DNA of 64,000 nucleotides. Source: Octopus sinensis. Its lineage: Eukaryota. Under the pieces are notes generated by a model, which saw nothing but the letters and a program-made list of their open reading frames with translations, made no database searches and was not told the origin of the DNA. The stretch's first letter is position 1, and each line of letters opens with the position of its first letter. Positions 26,311 to 39,988 of this stretch are shown piece by piece. Both the position numbers and the translations under genes were made by a program. The DNA lies in the NCBI RefSeq assembly GCF_006345805.1, contig NC_042999.1, positions 55,862,001-55,926,000 of the forward strand, in the 5' to 3' direction.

Positions 26311-26518
26311 AAATATAGTAGGTAATTAGGTCTTAGAATATATACAGAAAATAGAGCAAAATAGTCATTGATATAAATAAACATAAGTTAGTAAAAGATC
26401 TTCAGTTATAGAAATAAAGTGTTTTCCCAATGCTTTCACTGTTCTATGTTTAGTTTCTTTTATGTTAAATAATTGAACACTGTTGTTTGCTATTATTGTC
26501 ATTAATTTATAATTTTAG

Positions 26519-26572
26519 GTCATATGTAAAGTTATAGCTGAAGGAACTCACCTATTGAAGCATAAAGCTGAA
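26519..26572 (+). CDS. HVCN1: Hv exon: S2 end and S2-S3 linker (VICKVIAEGTHLLKHKAE)
   Basis: ttttag acceptor, gtatgt donor, 54 bp, phase 0 to 0; same length as human IIFKLFVFRLEFFHHKFE. Confidence 0.9.
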
Positions 26573-27033
26573 GTATGTATATATATCCTTTCATTTCCAA
26601 ATGTTGTTAACAAAATAATGAAATAATTATGATGAAGTTTCTTTTTCAAATATATTGTAAATAAGACTCTTAACTCTTTGCCTGTCCTATGCATCACATG
26701 TGACACACAACACATATTTCCCTTGTGTCCATGTATCATATCTGATACACATTCACAATTCTTTTTTTCAACTACTAGAGTGGCTTGGGTGTTATGAAAG
26801 GAAAGCTAAGGGCAAAATAAATGTCCAAAAACAAGCATAGACATCTGGGACAGACTTATGAAAATGCTTTAGATAGTCAAAAGGTTTAATGTTAATTACA
26901 AAATAAAATTTGATGCTGGATATTTATTTGTTTACTTTTCGTATTAATTAGTTTATTTATTTTCTTTTATTCTTTTTGACAAGCCTTTCTCCTTTAAGTT
27001 ATAACTGAATTGAATATATAAGTATATGTGTGA

Positions 27034-27251
<218 letters not shown>

Positions 27252-27258
27252 GCATACT

Positions 27259-27301
<43 letters not shown>

Positions 27302-27640
27302 GTATATACAGCCATCAAGAATACATAAATCAGAAAAATATGCACTCATACATTTGTCAATAGGGTAAGTATATTAGCTGAAGTGTACAATATTATATAT
27401 CCAGTATGGCTGATCTTACCAATCATCTCCATAGTGGGGGTTCAATGGAATGTAACTTTATGCTCTTCAGAGTTCACAGTTATGGAAGAAAACATGGTGT
27501 TTTCTTCCATATCTGTCAGCTCTAAAGAGCACAGGGTTACACAATCAGGCTATTATCTAAGCATTCTGTTGAACGCCCACTGTGAAACCGATTGATAAGA
27601 TCAGTCGAATGGATATACAATACTGTACACTTCAATTAAT

Positions 27641-27893
27641 CATCATCATCGTCATCATCATCATCATCATCATTTAACGTCCGTTTTCCATGCTAGCATG
27701 GGTTGGACAGTTCGACTGAGGTCTGGGAAGCCAGGAGGCTGCACCAGGCTCCAGTCTGATCTGGCAGTGTTTCTACAGCTGGATGCCCTTCCTAACGCCA
27801 ACCACTCTGTGAGTGTAGTGGGTGCTTTTTAAGTGCCACCGGCACAGGTGCCAGAGGAGGCTGACAACGGCCACAATCGGTTGGTGCTTTTTA
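27641..27893 (-). mobile_element. RTE 3' fragment
   Basis: (cat)n-ttaacgtccgttttccatgctagc..ggatgcccttcctaacgccaacc..; ends at an (AT)/(ACAT)n tract. Confidence 0.85.
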
Positions 27894-27903
27894 TATACAC
27901 ACA

Positions 27904-27934
<31 letters not shown>

Positions 27935-28579
27935 CCATTCAATTGAGCAATATCTGTATTTACTTTCATATATTCCCATCTTTATAGAGATTCATTTTAT
28001 TTAATCAAATAGCTTTTACTTAATCCTCAGGAACATTTGCTCTTTCTCTATCTGTCTCTCTCACTTTCTCACTCTCTCTCTCTCTCTCTCTCTTTCCCAA
28101 TCCACCCCCCCTCTCTCTCTCTCTCTTTTCAATAGCTCTAATCAAGCAGTAACCACATTTCCTTCCTTTCAAACAGTATTGATTATTACAAGGATTTCTT
28201 GAATGTCAACATGGAGACAGAATGTGGTCATCGTTGCTGAAGATACATATTTGTTGGAACCTTAACAATTCATCAACAAATTACTATTTCATGTCGTTAA
28301 CATATGATACATTTACAAATGTCTTCACATTACTTCACTAAGTCAACAAATAAAAGGAAAACATTTATAAAGGTCTTTATCCAAATGTTTCCATCTCCAA
28401 ATGCTAACATATATATATATATATAAATTTTATTTGTTACGGAATAAAAATTTCGGCATAATAGGGGTTCAAATTATTCTCAATGAAGAAATATATATTT
28501 TCATTTAGAGATAGTAGGCCCCTTCATCTCACCATATAAAAAAGAATTTTTATTTTAAATTCCTACTGTTTTATAACTT

Positions 28580-28674
28580 GGCTACACGTGTTTCATGAGG
28601 TACATTTCCCAGTTTCTAAACCACGCCATGTTTTGCTGGAACCCTTCTTAAAATGTAACCTTGATCATCAGGCC
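28580..28674 (-). ncRNA. hammerhead motif with extended stem II (left arm)
   Basis: Minus strand: ggc CUGAUGA (28671-28665) ..ggttacattt..aaatgtacc.. GAAA cacgtg UA gcc; stem III is a perfect palindrome. Confidence 0.65.
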
Positions 28675-28721
28675 CTTATATCACTATACTTTAGTATTGA
28701 ATGATGATAAAGTGATATAAC

Positions 28722-28816
28722 GGCCTGATGATTGGGGTTACATTTTAAGAAGGGGTCCAGCAAAACATGGAGTGGTTTAGGAACTGGGAAATGTACCTCA
28801 TGAAACATGTGTAGCC
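28722..28816 (+). ncRNA. hammerhead motif with extended stem II (right arm; sense to Hv intron)
   Basis: ggc CUGAUGA (28725-31); ~12-bp stem II tgggg(t)tacattt/aaatgtacctca enclosing a ~43-nt loop; GAAA (28802-05); catgtg; UA (predicted cleavage after 28813); gcc. Confidence 0.7.
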
Positions 28817-28892
28817 AAGTTATAAAACAGTAGGTATTTAAAATAAAAATTCTTTTTTATATGGTGAGATGAAGGGGCCTACTATCTCTAAA

Positions 28893-28947
<55 letters not shown>

Positions 28948-29123
28948 GTGGGTGTGGCTAATTGGTTAAGAAGCTTGCTTTACAACCATGTAGTTTTGGG
29001 TTCAGTTTCACTTTGTTAGGAAAGTGTCTTCTACTATAGCCCCAGGCTGACCAATGTCTTGTAAGTGAATTTGGTAGACAGAAATGGTGTGGAAGGTGGA
29101 AGCCTGTTGTATATATACATATA

Positions 29124-30000
29124 CAAGGTGCAATAGGTAAATTATCACCATTTTTTATATTTTTAATTTTGCGCATGCACATTGTTTGTTTATGACTTTG
29201 CCAACCACACAGTACAGTAGGGTCAGCTGGGCACCATCTGTGAGAAAAACAGCACCATGACGCAATTCACTTTGCCAGAAATTTGGAAACATCATGCTGT
29301 ACTGCTTGGCATTCGTGCTGGAAGCTCCAATACAAACATTTCAGAGTGTTTAGATGTCAATCTGAGGACAGTGCAATCAGAGGACATGTACTGAGAGTGA
29401 TAAAAATCAAACATCCGGTCAACACCATGGTGTTTGAAGTGATCACTAGTGATGGTAATGTTATGCCCCCATTCATCTTCCCATACAGCCTCAAATTCAT
29501 CACAGAGGCCCACATCAAGTGCCTGGAGGAGGTAGTGCTGCTGTGTGTCTATAGGGTGGCTGCTGGAAGACCCTATGTCTGGCAACAGGACTTAGCACCA
29601 TGCCACACAAGCAGGAGAACCCAAATTATGGTTGTCAAACAAGTTTTGCAACCACATCATCCCTAACATCTGGCCACCTTTCTCCTCAGAATGCAACACC
29701 CTTGATTATTATGTGTGGGGTACAGTTGAGTGAGAGACCAACAAAACTTCTTGTGATACCAAAGATGAATTGAAGGCAAGGATTATGGTAGTGTTCACCA
29801 ATTTAAACAAGGAAACCATCCAGAAGAGTTGCAGGAGATTCTGAAGTCATCTGGAGGCCATAGTTGATGTCAGTGGCGATTTTATCAAATAGATTTACTC
29901 TTTAATATTCCAAGAAAATTTTATGTAATTTCGGTAAATATATCTGTTGAGACGTCAGTGCTTTCATTTTTTGCCCAATTTAGATGACAGTTTATTCACC
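29124..30000 (+). mobile_element. internally deleted Tc1/mariner transposon, maT-like (DD37D)
   Basis: Follows a TA. Encodes HAVLLGIRAG.. (HTH), then jumps to MVFEVITSDGNVMPPFIF..WQQDLAPCHTS..IWPP..CNTLDYYVWG. There are 37 residues between the last two Asp after correcting one frameshift near 29625. Confidence 0.8.
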
Positions 30001-30001
30001 A

Positions 30002-30343
30002 CATCATCATCATCATCATCATCGTTTAACGTCCGTTCTCCATGCTAGCATGGGTTGGACGGTTCGACCGGGGATCTGGGAAGCCAGAAGGCTGCACCAG
30101 GCTCCAGTCTTATCTGGCAGTGTTTCTACAGCTGGATGCCCTTCCTAACGCCAACCACTCCGTGAGTGTAGTGGGTGCTTTTTACGTGCCACCTGCACAG
30201 GTGCCAGGCGAGGCTGGCAACGGCCACGGTCGGATTGGTGTATTTTATGTGCCACCGGTACGGAAGCCAGATGAGGCGGTGCTGGCATCGGCCACGAGTC
30301 GGATGGTGCTTTTTACGTACCACCAGACCAGGGATCCTGGGAT

Positions 30344-30346
<3 letters not shown>
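30002..30346 (-). mobile_element. RTE 3' fragment inserted at the end of the maT element
   Basis: (cat)n tail, conserved 3' UTR and two 67-bp-type units; abuts (AT)n at 30347. Confidence 0.88.
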
Positions 30347-30394
<48 letters not shown>

Positions 30395-30729
30395 CAAGAA
30401 GTTGAGGTTATAAGAGATAATGGGGCCATTGAGACCCAAAGGTGCCAGGTAATGCTGAATATGTGCTGTAGACAGACCATAGTTAAGGGAATCTTACATT
30501 GCTTATAGACTCTATATTTGGAAGGACCCATTTTTAACTCTGTTGGACTTTTGGACTTTACTCATAGGATATAGGAATATTGCATATATACCATTATGCC
30601 TAAGAAATGGATTTACAAAAAATGGATTTAATATCCATACATATCTTGCATCTATTTTCTTTCCTCCACCTCACTCTCTATTTTGTATCACATCTAAACT
30701 AACTATGACTTAACCATCCTCTCATACCA

Positions 30730-30779
30730 TCTCCGATGAAGGGATATAATTAATAAATATCCTAGAAACAGCTGTAAGA
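30730..30779 (+). ncRNA. hammerhead-like motif with a U4C core change
   Basis: tct CCGAUGA a-gggatat..atatcct-a GAAA cagctg UA aga; palindromic stem III. Confidence 0.5.
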
Positions 30780-30886
30780 CCTTCTATCTATAAATGCTCT
30801 AATATCTACACAGCTTTGGTTTTTTTATCTCATTACGGAAAAAATTCTTATATATATATATGTATATATATTTATTATATAGAAGG

Positions 30887-30937
30887 AGCTTCTACAGGAC
30901 TAGAACTGTTTCATTCAAGAGAAATCTTCAGGAAGCT
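30887..30937 (-). ncRNA. intact type I hammerhead ribozyme motif (GUA site)
   Basis: Minus strand: agcttc CUGAAGA t-ttc-tctt-gaa-t GAAA cag-ttctagtc-ctg UA gaagct. Stem I 6 bp perfect; stem III 4 bp with an 8-nt loop containing ctag. Confidence 0.8.
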
Positions 30938-31264
30938 AGTTAACAAGAATTGTATTGGCATTTATACATTTAGGCAGGTTTAAAGGGGTGGTGGTGGGGG
31001 ACTTTTTGGGGGTAGGCATAGCGCAAAAATATCATACTTGGGGGGGTGGTCAAGGAGTCAGTGGTAAATTAGATAAAAGAATAAATAAAAGAATAAAAAA
31101 ATATATAGAAGAATAGAGTTTTAGGTAAATAAGGAGATTCTCACTTATACCTATACACATATGTATACATATATACACACACACACACACATATACATAC
31201 ACACATACATACACACACACACACATATATACATACACATATATATACATACATATATCTACAT

Positions 31265-31295
<31 letters not shown>

Positions 31296-31496
31296 CATAT
31301 ATACACACACACATGCATATACATATACACACACACATGTATATATACACACACGACCGCACATACATATACACACAAAAAAATATATACATACACACAC
31401 ATACACATACACACATACACACACATATATCCACATACACACATGCACACACAACACACAAGTCCCTATATACACATATATACATATACACATACA

Positions 31497-31538
<42 letters not shown>

Positions 31539-31607
31539 CATATGTGTACCTATACATACCTACACATACACACATATATATACATACAAATACAAACCCA
31601 TTCCCTA

Positions 31608-31718
<111 letters not shown>

Positions 31719-34116
31719 TGTATGTATGTATGTATGTATGTATGTACATGTATGTGTGTGTCTGTGTGTATTTGTATCCGTCTTTGTCATCCTTACCACT
31801 ACAACTTGACAACCGACAACCAGTGTTGGTTAGTTTACATCTCCATAACCTAGCAGTTCAGTAAATGAGTCCAACAGAAGAAAAACCACACTTAAAATAT
31901 ATATATTGGGATCGATTTCCTTGACTAAAACCCTTCAAGGCAGTGCTCCAGCATGGCCGCAGTCAAATGACTGAAGCAAGTAAAATAAAATAAAATATAT
32001 CTGGACAGTTAACACTGACCACATGCCATACCATTTAATGCATCTACATTCACACTGTTCCATCAACTACAGAATGGCTGTGAATTCATTTCTTTGTTCA
32101 TGTGACTCCTCCAGCACATGGCACTCTTTCCTTATTTTAAATGAAATCTTTAACTCTGAAATCCACTCCTGCTCAACTCTCACTCTACTGTAATCCATAC
32201 AGCTATGAGCCAAGATGGTAGCCTCTTCATGATGGTTCAACCTGTTAAAAATAGCAGCCAAATAATCTTCTAATATACTTTGTCATCTTTAAAATAATAG
32301 TACATTGGATAATGTTGTTCGTAGTACACTATGCCTAAAAATGTTTAGATGGTCTTGGGTAAAGTGCCTTTTATCATATCTCTACTCAGTTAGGTCTACT
32401 TAGTGCTAAACAACAACACTATAACCAAGTATACTTAAACTTAACTCTAAATATTATCATGTTTAAAAAAACAAACCTATTTGGAGTTTTGTCAGTTTTG
32501 TGCGAATTCTCCCAGGTAACACATTTCTTTGAAACATGACTCATTTGAAACAACTACAGATACAACAGAGATAATAATTTTCCCTGCTAGATATGATTTG
32601 TTTTTCTATGAACCAGAAATAAGGCTTACGAGGAAGAGATGGCTTCCCTTTGCAAATACCTGAAGGGCACAGAAAGTGTGTCTAAAGCCAGCTGGAGACG
32701 TCGATCTCCTGGGGCTAAAAGCTACAGTAACACCCCCACTTTGTGGTTAGCCATATTGAGATGGCTTTTATACTTTACGTTGTTGAGCGGTTACTGTTTA
32801 CATCTCGCTCTGAGATTTAATAAGAAATATATAATCTCGTATAAATTTGTAAAGAGTCGTTGGGATATTTACTTCACAAACAAAACACAGAACTTAGAAA
32901 GTCTAGAAAATGTCACCCACAACAGCCAATATTTTTAAGGTTTACTGTAAGATGGTATATTAGAGAAACAAAAGACATTTTTACAAAAATATTAATTAAT
33001 GTGAAATAGCTTCATCTGGGATTGGAATCTTGAACAATGATAAGAACTCAAAAGCAATTTTGATTTTCACATTTCTCATAGGAGTAGGAATGGGAGTGTG
33101 GTAAGAAGTTTGCTTCCAAACCATATGGTTTCAGGTTCAGTCCTACTGCATGACACCTTGGGAAAGTGTCTTGTACTTTGGTTGTCAATCAAAGCGTTGT
33201 GAATGGATTTGGTCATCAAAAACTGAAAGAAGCCCATCATATATATGATGATATCATCTTGTCAGATAATAGCCATCTCACATTAAATGATAGCGGGGCA
33301 TCTGTACATCACTGGATTTAAGTGACAAAAGCTTGTACAACAATTTTACCATTTTCTCAGTCACTATAATGAGTTCCATTGCAAGATGATTGATACTATT
33401 TTAACTGCAGTTTTATGTCAGAGTATCTTTCTCTTAGAAGAGTTGCCTTCTTCTTGGATTTGTTAAAAATAACAAGAGCCTCTTCTACTCCTGGAAAACT
33501 TATTTAATCCATAGATGGGGCCCTGATAGGTACTATTATTCCCAGTCAGAATGGACCCAGGATTAATGGTAATTTATGAGGGACTCCACACTCCCCACAT
33601 CTCAAGAACTCCAGAACTGGAGCAGCACCACCAGAAGCATTTTAAATGCTATACACAGGGCATTGTTGTTCTTGGCATTCTTTTGTCTTGGGAGACAATG
33701 GAGTTGCACATAAACTAATCCAGTCTGGTTTTTACATTTCATGTCCTCTCTAGTTTCCTCTCCAGTTCTGCGCAGGCCTGGGCTAGATGTAAGAAAATCC
33801 TGGGTAGCCCAATCATCAGGATTCCTCTCTCGACCTTGCTGATGTAGTCCAAAGGAGTGCAGAGCATCACATTTGGCACCAGCTTGGTTGCAGGAGCTGC
33901 CGGGAGAGTGTTGAGTCGAACACTAAATCACCTACAGGGCTCCACTCCGGATATCTTTGAAGGTTGTCTCCTTTCCGTAACCCTGGATAGGGGCCCATAC
34001 CGGGTACTGTCAGCCAGAGCCAGCTGAGCCCGGGACTCATGTCAGGCAGGGTTGTCACTCTCTGAAGTAGTGAAGAAAATCACTACCCACTACCTAAGCA
34101 CATAAGATTTTATGTA

Positions 34117-34149
<33 letters not shown>

Positions 34150-35185
34150 GTGCATGTTTGTGTATGTGTGTGTGTGTTTTTGTGTGTGTGTGTGTGTTTG
34201 TGTGTGTGTGTCTGTGTGTGTGTGTGTGTGCATGTGTTACTGTCTTCTTTCCTTGACATCATGTGATTGTTGTAAGCAAGTATCACTGTCATATAAGTTG
34301 TGTACTTTATTTCCAATCTTCCAAGACATGTCTAGTCATAGAGAAATATTACCTTACTTGGAAAGAGATGAAGGTTAGTGACAGAAAATCTGTAGAAAAT
34401 CTACTTCAGTGGATTCTGTCCAACTCATGCAAACATGGAAAAGTGGATTTTAAACAATGATGATGATGATGATGATGATGATAATGCTGAACATTGAGAC
34501 AAGATCATATATTTGATCAACCTATGCTCATCCCAATCCATCATGAATCCATTATGGCTTTTCTGTTGCCATGTTTCAACTGCATCTTCTCAGCCTTGCA
34601 TCTTGAAGTTCCCACACAGTCAAATAGATATCTGAATAATATCTTAAATAGATATCTGAATAATATCTTAAAAGTTTACTCACTATGTATTTATAACCAT
34701 AACGCTTTTGGACTAATGATTCAAAACATTTGATTTATTAGCTTCATCTTTCATGCTTCCCTACATTTGGAGAGGGTATAGCAACAAAATGGGATTATAT
34801 GCTCAGCAAATTGGAAAATCAAATTATTATTACAATAACTTATTTCACAAGTATAGTTTCTTGAGATTCAAACAACCAAGTCTCTGTGGGTTTATACTTA
34901 TAAGGCATTAGCTTAGTTCCCACTTCAAGTTAAATCTGCTGGATATTTCTTCAAAAATAACATTTGAACGATGAATTCTAGGTTTAACTTGAGCTATTTC
35001 TTTGTATTTAGTTTTGTATTTTCTTCCACTCTAAGACAGAAATCCTCTGTCTTATCATTGACTTTGATGGCCAAGATATCACCTCTCCTCCAAGTTCTCG
35101 TCATAAAACTCACTGTTAGGCACCACTTTGCTATCAACCTAATTAAAATCCTTATAATAATTAATAATCTCTTCTACTTCTTCAG

Positions 35186-35324
35186 GTACTTGATGCCATC
35201 GTTGTTGTTGTGTCTTTTACACTGGATATTGTCTTCTCCTTTGTTGATGTTGCCCAAGCAGCCAAAGACGCCGCTGGTTTGATGGTTATGTTAAGATTAT
35301 GGCGCATCACTCGAATTATCAATG
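35186..35324 (+). CDS. HVCN1: Hv exon: S3-S4 ([47 protein letters not shown])
   Basis: cttcag acceptor, gtatgt donor, phase 0 to 1; carries the RxWRxxR Hv signature plus D174 and D185 equivalents. Confidence 0.97.
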
Positions 35325-35925
35325 GTATGTAACATAAATACTAAAATAAAAAGGTGTTTGATAGAAAGTTTAAAGTTTCATAATATTTATACTGCAATCT
35401 AAAACATGCATCTGAAGTTCAAATCATTTAAGTTTCATCCAATAATTTTTTTGTTATAAATACAATGATCACAAGAAAGGTATAAATACCACTACAACTT
35501 GGTTACCCACATTCTTGAGGTTTCATGCTTAATTTAAACTAAAATTTAGTTTAAATTAAGTTAGCTAAATGTTAAGAAAATGTAAAGCCATATATGAAAG
35601 GATATTGTCCTTTTAAGTATGGTTTTATATATTTCTAATAAAACTAAAGTGTACAACTCTAATCCTACCCAGAGTGGATCGCTCACAGTTGTGCTGCAGC
35701 ATTTAAAGGAAAAATCAATGCTTTCAATGCCATTACCGACTGGCAGGCATTGAACCACTTCTGCACCATCTGAAGATGACCATCGCACACTTTGTTGTCC
35801 CAGACATAACAAAGCCTTCAAATATGTTAAGCATAGAAACCTGTCAGCTTTAGTTTTCTCTTAGTTTCTTCCAGCAATGTCTCATTTATTCAATCTAAAG
35901 TTTTCCTTCCATTACAGTGTGCTTT

Positions 35926-35962
<37 letters not shown>

Positions 35963-36559
35963 CACAATGTATCAACTCCGGAAATACCACAAGGTTCAAT
36001 AATGTTTCTCCACATTCTTCATTCTATATTCCTGACTTATTCACTACTAGTCCCTAATCATACAAACTCCTACACAAATAGTACCGACCTTCATTTATAC
36101 TTAACTACTTTATGCATATCTACATTCAACCTAGATATTTTATGCCAGATTTGCAGTGCTTCCAAGAACAGTTCCCACAACCTAGTCTTGTTAAACATCA
36201 CCAATCCACAATCTTTACACATATCAAAGATACAGTCTTACACTGCAACCTCCTTATAAGTAAATACATAGTTGAAATCTTTAAAATCATTATAAACACT
36301 GAACCTCACATTTTTTAACAACTCCCCATGGTGACTTCACATGTGATGATGGCAGTTTTCCATCTTCAAAGATCATGAGGAAGAGTGGAAAACCCTTAAG
36401 TGGCCACCTAAACCAATCCATGAATGACAGGCTCTGGCACACTTAAGGCAAATGTGCAGGCTTTTGTTAGACAAATGTCATGACAATGACTTTCTTTCTT
36501 TGGCATGTCTCATTTGCTGCAGTTACTCTTGGTTACTCAAAATTGTCTGTAATGGTCTG

Positions 36560-37060
36560 AATACAGTATTACACCTCCTTCTGTGTTGCAATTCCTTTGC
36601 ACCCTGTGGTGTTCATCTCTGCCTCAGTGAGATAACATTTCAGCTGGTCTTGTATAACATGGTCAGAACTACATCCAAAAGACCAGGGTTCTCATTCATG
36701 GCCAAAAGATACTATCGCCTGCCTGAGTTACTACTGACTTTCAACAAAGGTCGAATATAACCTACCTTGGAATATTGCTCCCATATCTGGGATGAAGCTA
36801 CTGTTACACATGTACACACACAAACATTCTTGATAACTTTCAAAGCAATGCTATTTGACTGATTGACCAAAAACTCACTCATCAACATGTTGCAACCAGG
36901 ACTTAGGGATATAATACCCTACCTCTTTTACTCTTTTCATCACTACTGTACCTCACTACTCCAGAACCTGCATCTAACATTTTCCGCAATCATTTATTTG
37001 TAGAACTGCTCTGATCTCTAAAATTCTTTCCCTCACACCTTTGATGTACTTACATTTCAA
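36560..37060 (+). mobile_element. degenerate L2/CR1-group LINE fragment
   Basis: Contains LLLTFNKGRI*PTLEYCSHIW, resembling the RPxLEYCSHIW motif; a related minus-strand fragment lies at ~57240-57560. Confidence 0.55.
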
Positions 37061-37620
37061 CTCGCTACTTTGTTTTAGTTCCAATGTATTATTGCAAACA
37101 CTCTTGTTCATAATGCCTCAGTTTTAGTGTTTAAAAATACAGATATATTAAATTTAAATGCATCCAAATAACTAGAAATAAAAGTATTTGAAAGTAATGA
37201 AAAGGTAGGTTCATCATCATCATTATCATCATCATCCTTTAACATCCACTCTCCATGCTGGCACAGGTTGGACGGTTTGACATTGAGCTGACTAACAGTT
37301 ATATAGTTACATACAATTATAGAGTTATATTCACTGCTTCCTGCTGCAACCATCCATGAGTATATTGGTTCCCCCATCTCATCCAACACACACTGGGACT
37401 GTGTAGATATTAAGGATGCTTCACGTCCTTCTGTGACTAAACTATAATAAAGTCATATGGGATAGAAAATAGAACAACACAAGTGAGGTTTAGCCCAACG
37501 TAAACTAATTTTATAATGATTCATCTCAGAATGTCATAAAAATGGTATTAAAACTCAGAAATCTGAAGAAATGAAATTCCAGATGATCGTCAGTCATAAA
37601 TGGATGTTATGGACAGAGGC

Positions 37621-37770
37621 CGAACTAATTAAAAATGCTATGAACTGAAAGTGAACTAATTAGAGAAGCTACTAAAGGTGACTGAACTAACTGAGAATTC
37701 TATAATATGAAGTTGAACTAATTAAAGATGCTATAGATATGATGTTGAATAAATTAAAGAATTATTAGAT
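37621..37770. repeat. ~31-bp degenerate minisatellite, ~5 copies
   Basis: Recurring gaactaattaaa(g)atgcta..tgaagtt unit. Confidence 0.65.
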
Positions 37771-38760
37771 TTTTGAAGCACAATAATGTTCGTTAGTGGC
37801 ATTGGTTATAAGAACTGATAATTATTGTATACAATTATTGTAATAAAGTTGTGTGGTATTTATTTACTAGAGGGGATACGTGGCTTAGTGGTTTGGGTGT
37901 TAGGCTCATGATTGTAAGATTGTGGTTTCTGGACCAGGTGATATATTGTGTTTCATGTTGTTCCTGTCCACTCAGCTGGTAAGACTGAGTAATTCTGCAA
38001 CAGACCGGCATCCCATCCAGGGAGGAAAATATACACCAGAGAAACTGGGAAACTGTCCCTATGCTCCTTACAGAATAATGTGGAGTAACCATAATCATAA
38101 CCATTTATATATTGCTCAAGAAATATAGCTACATTTGTAATATGAAATAACTGAGAATCATAAGGGAATTGTGAACTTGCTTTTCCAAGCACTCAGCCCT
38201 TCACATTAAACAATAAAATAAATTGTTTTTTTCCAAATTAAAATAGGGAACCCTGATATATCTCTGTGCAGTCTACATGAAATGATATCTCACTGTAAGA
38301 TCTCTTAATCTGTTAGATTAAGCAACAGGAGGAAGTGGGACAAATTATCAGAATGCATTGAGCAGAATACTTTGCGATACCTGTTCCTAGTCTCTGAATT
38401 CAAATCCCACCAAGGTCAAAAACTGCAAATCCAGAACAATGGATTGGAAGCACAGTTTCAGGCAAGATGTATTGAGGTATCTGTTCTTGGTGGAGTAAAA
38501 GCAACTCCTGAATTGACACTAGGGTCAGTTGAATCAGCCCAAGTTGAGAGCTTTTTCTTAACATTAGAGGCATAGAGATGGGAGGCTATGTAGATGGGCA
38601 ACCATCAGTCTTCCTCAAAAAAAGAAAATAGAGAAACGTCTTATCCAAGCCTGTGTATACATGTACAGATACATGGTAAACTTTGACTGATGGAGGCCTA
38701 GGAAGGGGAGAGAGAGAGGGGGAAGATGGAGAGAAGGAGAGAAAGAGAGGGAGAGAGAGA

Positions 38761-38814
<54 letters not shown>

Positions 38815-39539
38815 CTGGTCTTGGTTAAATTTGTTCCAGTATGTGAATTCCAGTTTATTTTCATTGCAGTCAGCCAGGTTTATGAATATATCATAGGATA
38901 TTTGAACATATATATACCATCAAATTTGATCTGATATCAAGTGTTGAAATGGGGATTATTGTATCCTATTGTAATCATATTGGTCATTCAGTACATTGAA
39001 TTCTTTCCTTGCCTTTCAATGTGTTCTTTGGCAATATTGAATTAAAATAAAAGTGGTGAGCTGACAGAATTAATAGCATACTGGTCAAAATGCTTAACAG
39101 AGTTTCTTTCAACTTTATATTGTGCATTCCAATTTCACCAAGATTGACTTTGCTTTTCATTCTTTTTGAGTTGGTAAAATAAGTACCAGTAAATCACTGG
39201 GATCAGTGCAATCAACTACCCTCCTCCCATTAAATTTCAGGTTTTGTGCTATAGTAGAATAATTAACTTGAAATTAAAAAAGTAACAAAGCAGTAACTTG
39301 AATAGTACATGTGTTTATTAAATACCAAATATGACTTCACCAATAAAAAATGAAGAATTAATTGTCATTAAATTATTGTAAACTTATAAAAGTTAACTAA
39401 ATTCCCTGGTCTTAATTACAAAATCAACTCAAAAAGAAAAGTGGTTTGAACAGAAAAATCAAAATTAGTAGACATAAAGTTTATGTTTTATATATTTATT
39501 GATTTTCTCTTGTTCTTGTGATGGTTATGGAAGTTAGAG

Positions 39540-39830
39540 TCTTCAGTCATCTCCATAGAGTTCTATGAGAATAAACTGTCATTAGATTTTCTGGTTGGAT
39601 TCCTAACTGAACAACTGAGACTATGGATATAATAATCAACCATCATGTTCTTGGTCTAGCCTTAAGTTTCCAGCTGGTTGGCTCAGCTTGAAGAATCCAT
39701 CTTGTGATTCTTTCCTGCGACATTCTAATCACGTGTCCATAGTACTAGAGCTGTGACTTCTCAACGCAGAGAAGTATCAGCTCGACTTAGAAAGACTCCC
39801 TGACCTTTCAGTTATGCACCCTGTTTCTAA
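39540..39830 (-). mobile_element. degenerate RTE-type C-terminal fragment (second family; plus-strand relative at ~45640-45960)
   Basis: Translates to VEKSQL*YYGHVIRMSQERITRWILQAEPT..RPRT; the 45.6-kb copy gives YGCEYW..MGVLRRISGVTLLDRV..ERSQLRYYGNVIRMSQER. Confidence 0.65.
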
Positions 39831-39988
39831 GTCTATTTATGTCTGATAAATTTTGTAATATTTTATGATATTCCTCACACTTTTAAATCTAGATTTAATG
39901 TGGGGTTTTCTTGTTTCTTTTTGTTTTATTATGCATTCTCTTGGACAAAAATTTACCAAGGCCCAAATGTTTGAATATTTCTTCACAG

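Larger units (their letters stand above)
28500..28896. repeat. 397-bp palindrome (186-bp arms, 9 mismatches, 25-nt spacer), each arm carrying a hammerhead
   Basis: 28500-28685 versus 28711-28896 compared base by base: no indels, 177/186 identical; flanked by (AT)n. Confidence 0.95.

Noticed and set aside
33805-33825. CUGAUGA followed by a hairpin on the minus strand (also ctgaaga at 37563 and 61792, ctgatga at 18177 and 47195)
   Set aside because: No correctly placed GAAA, stem III, UH and stem I.
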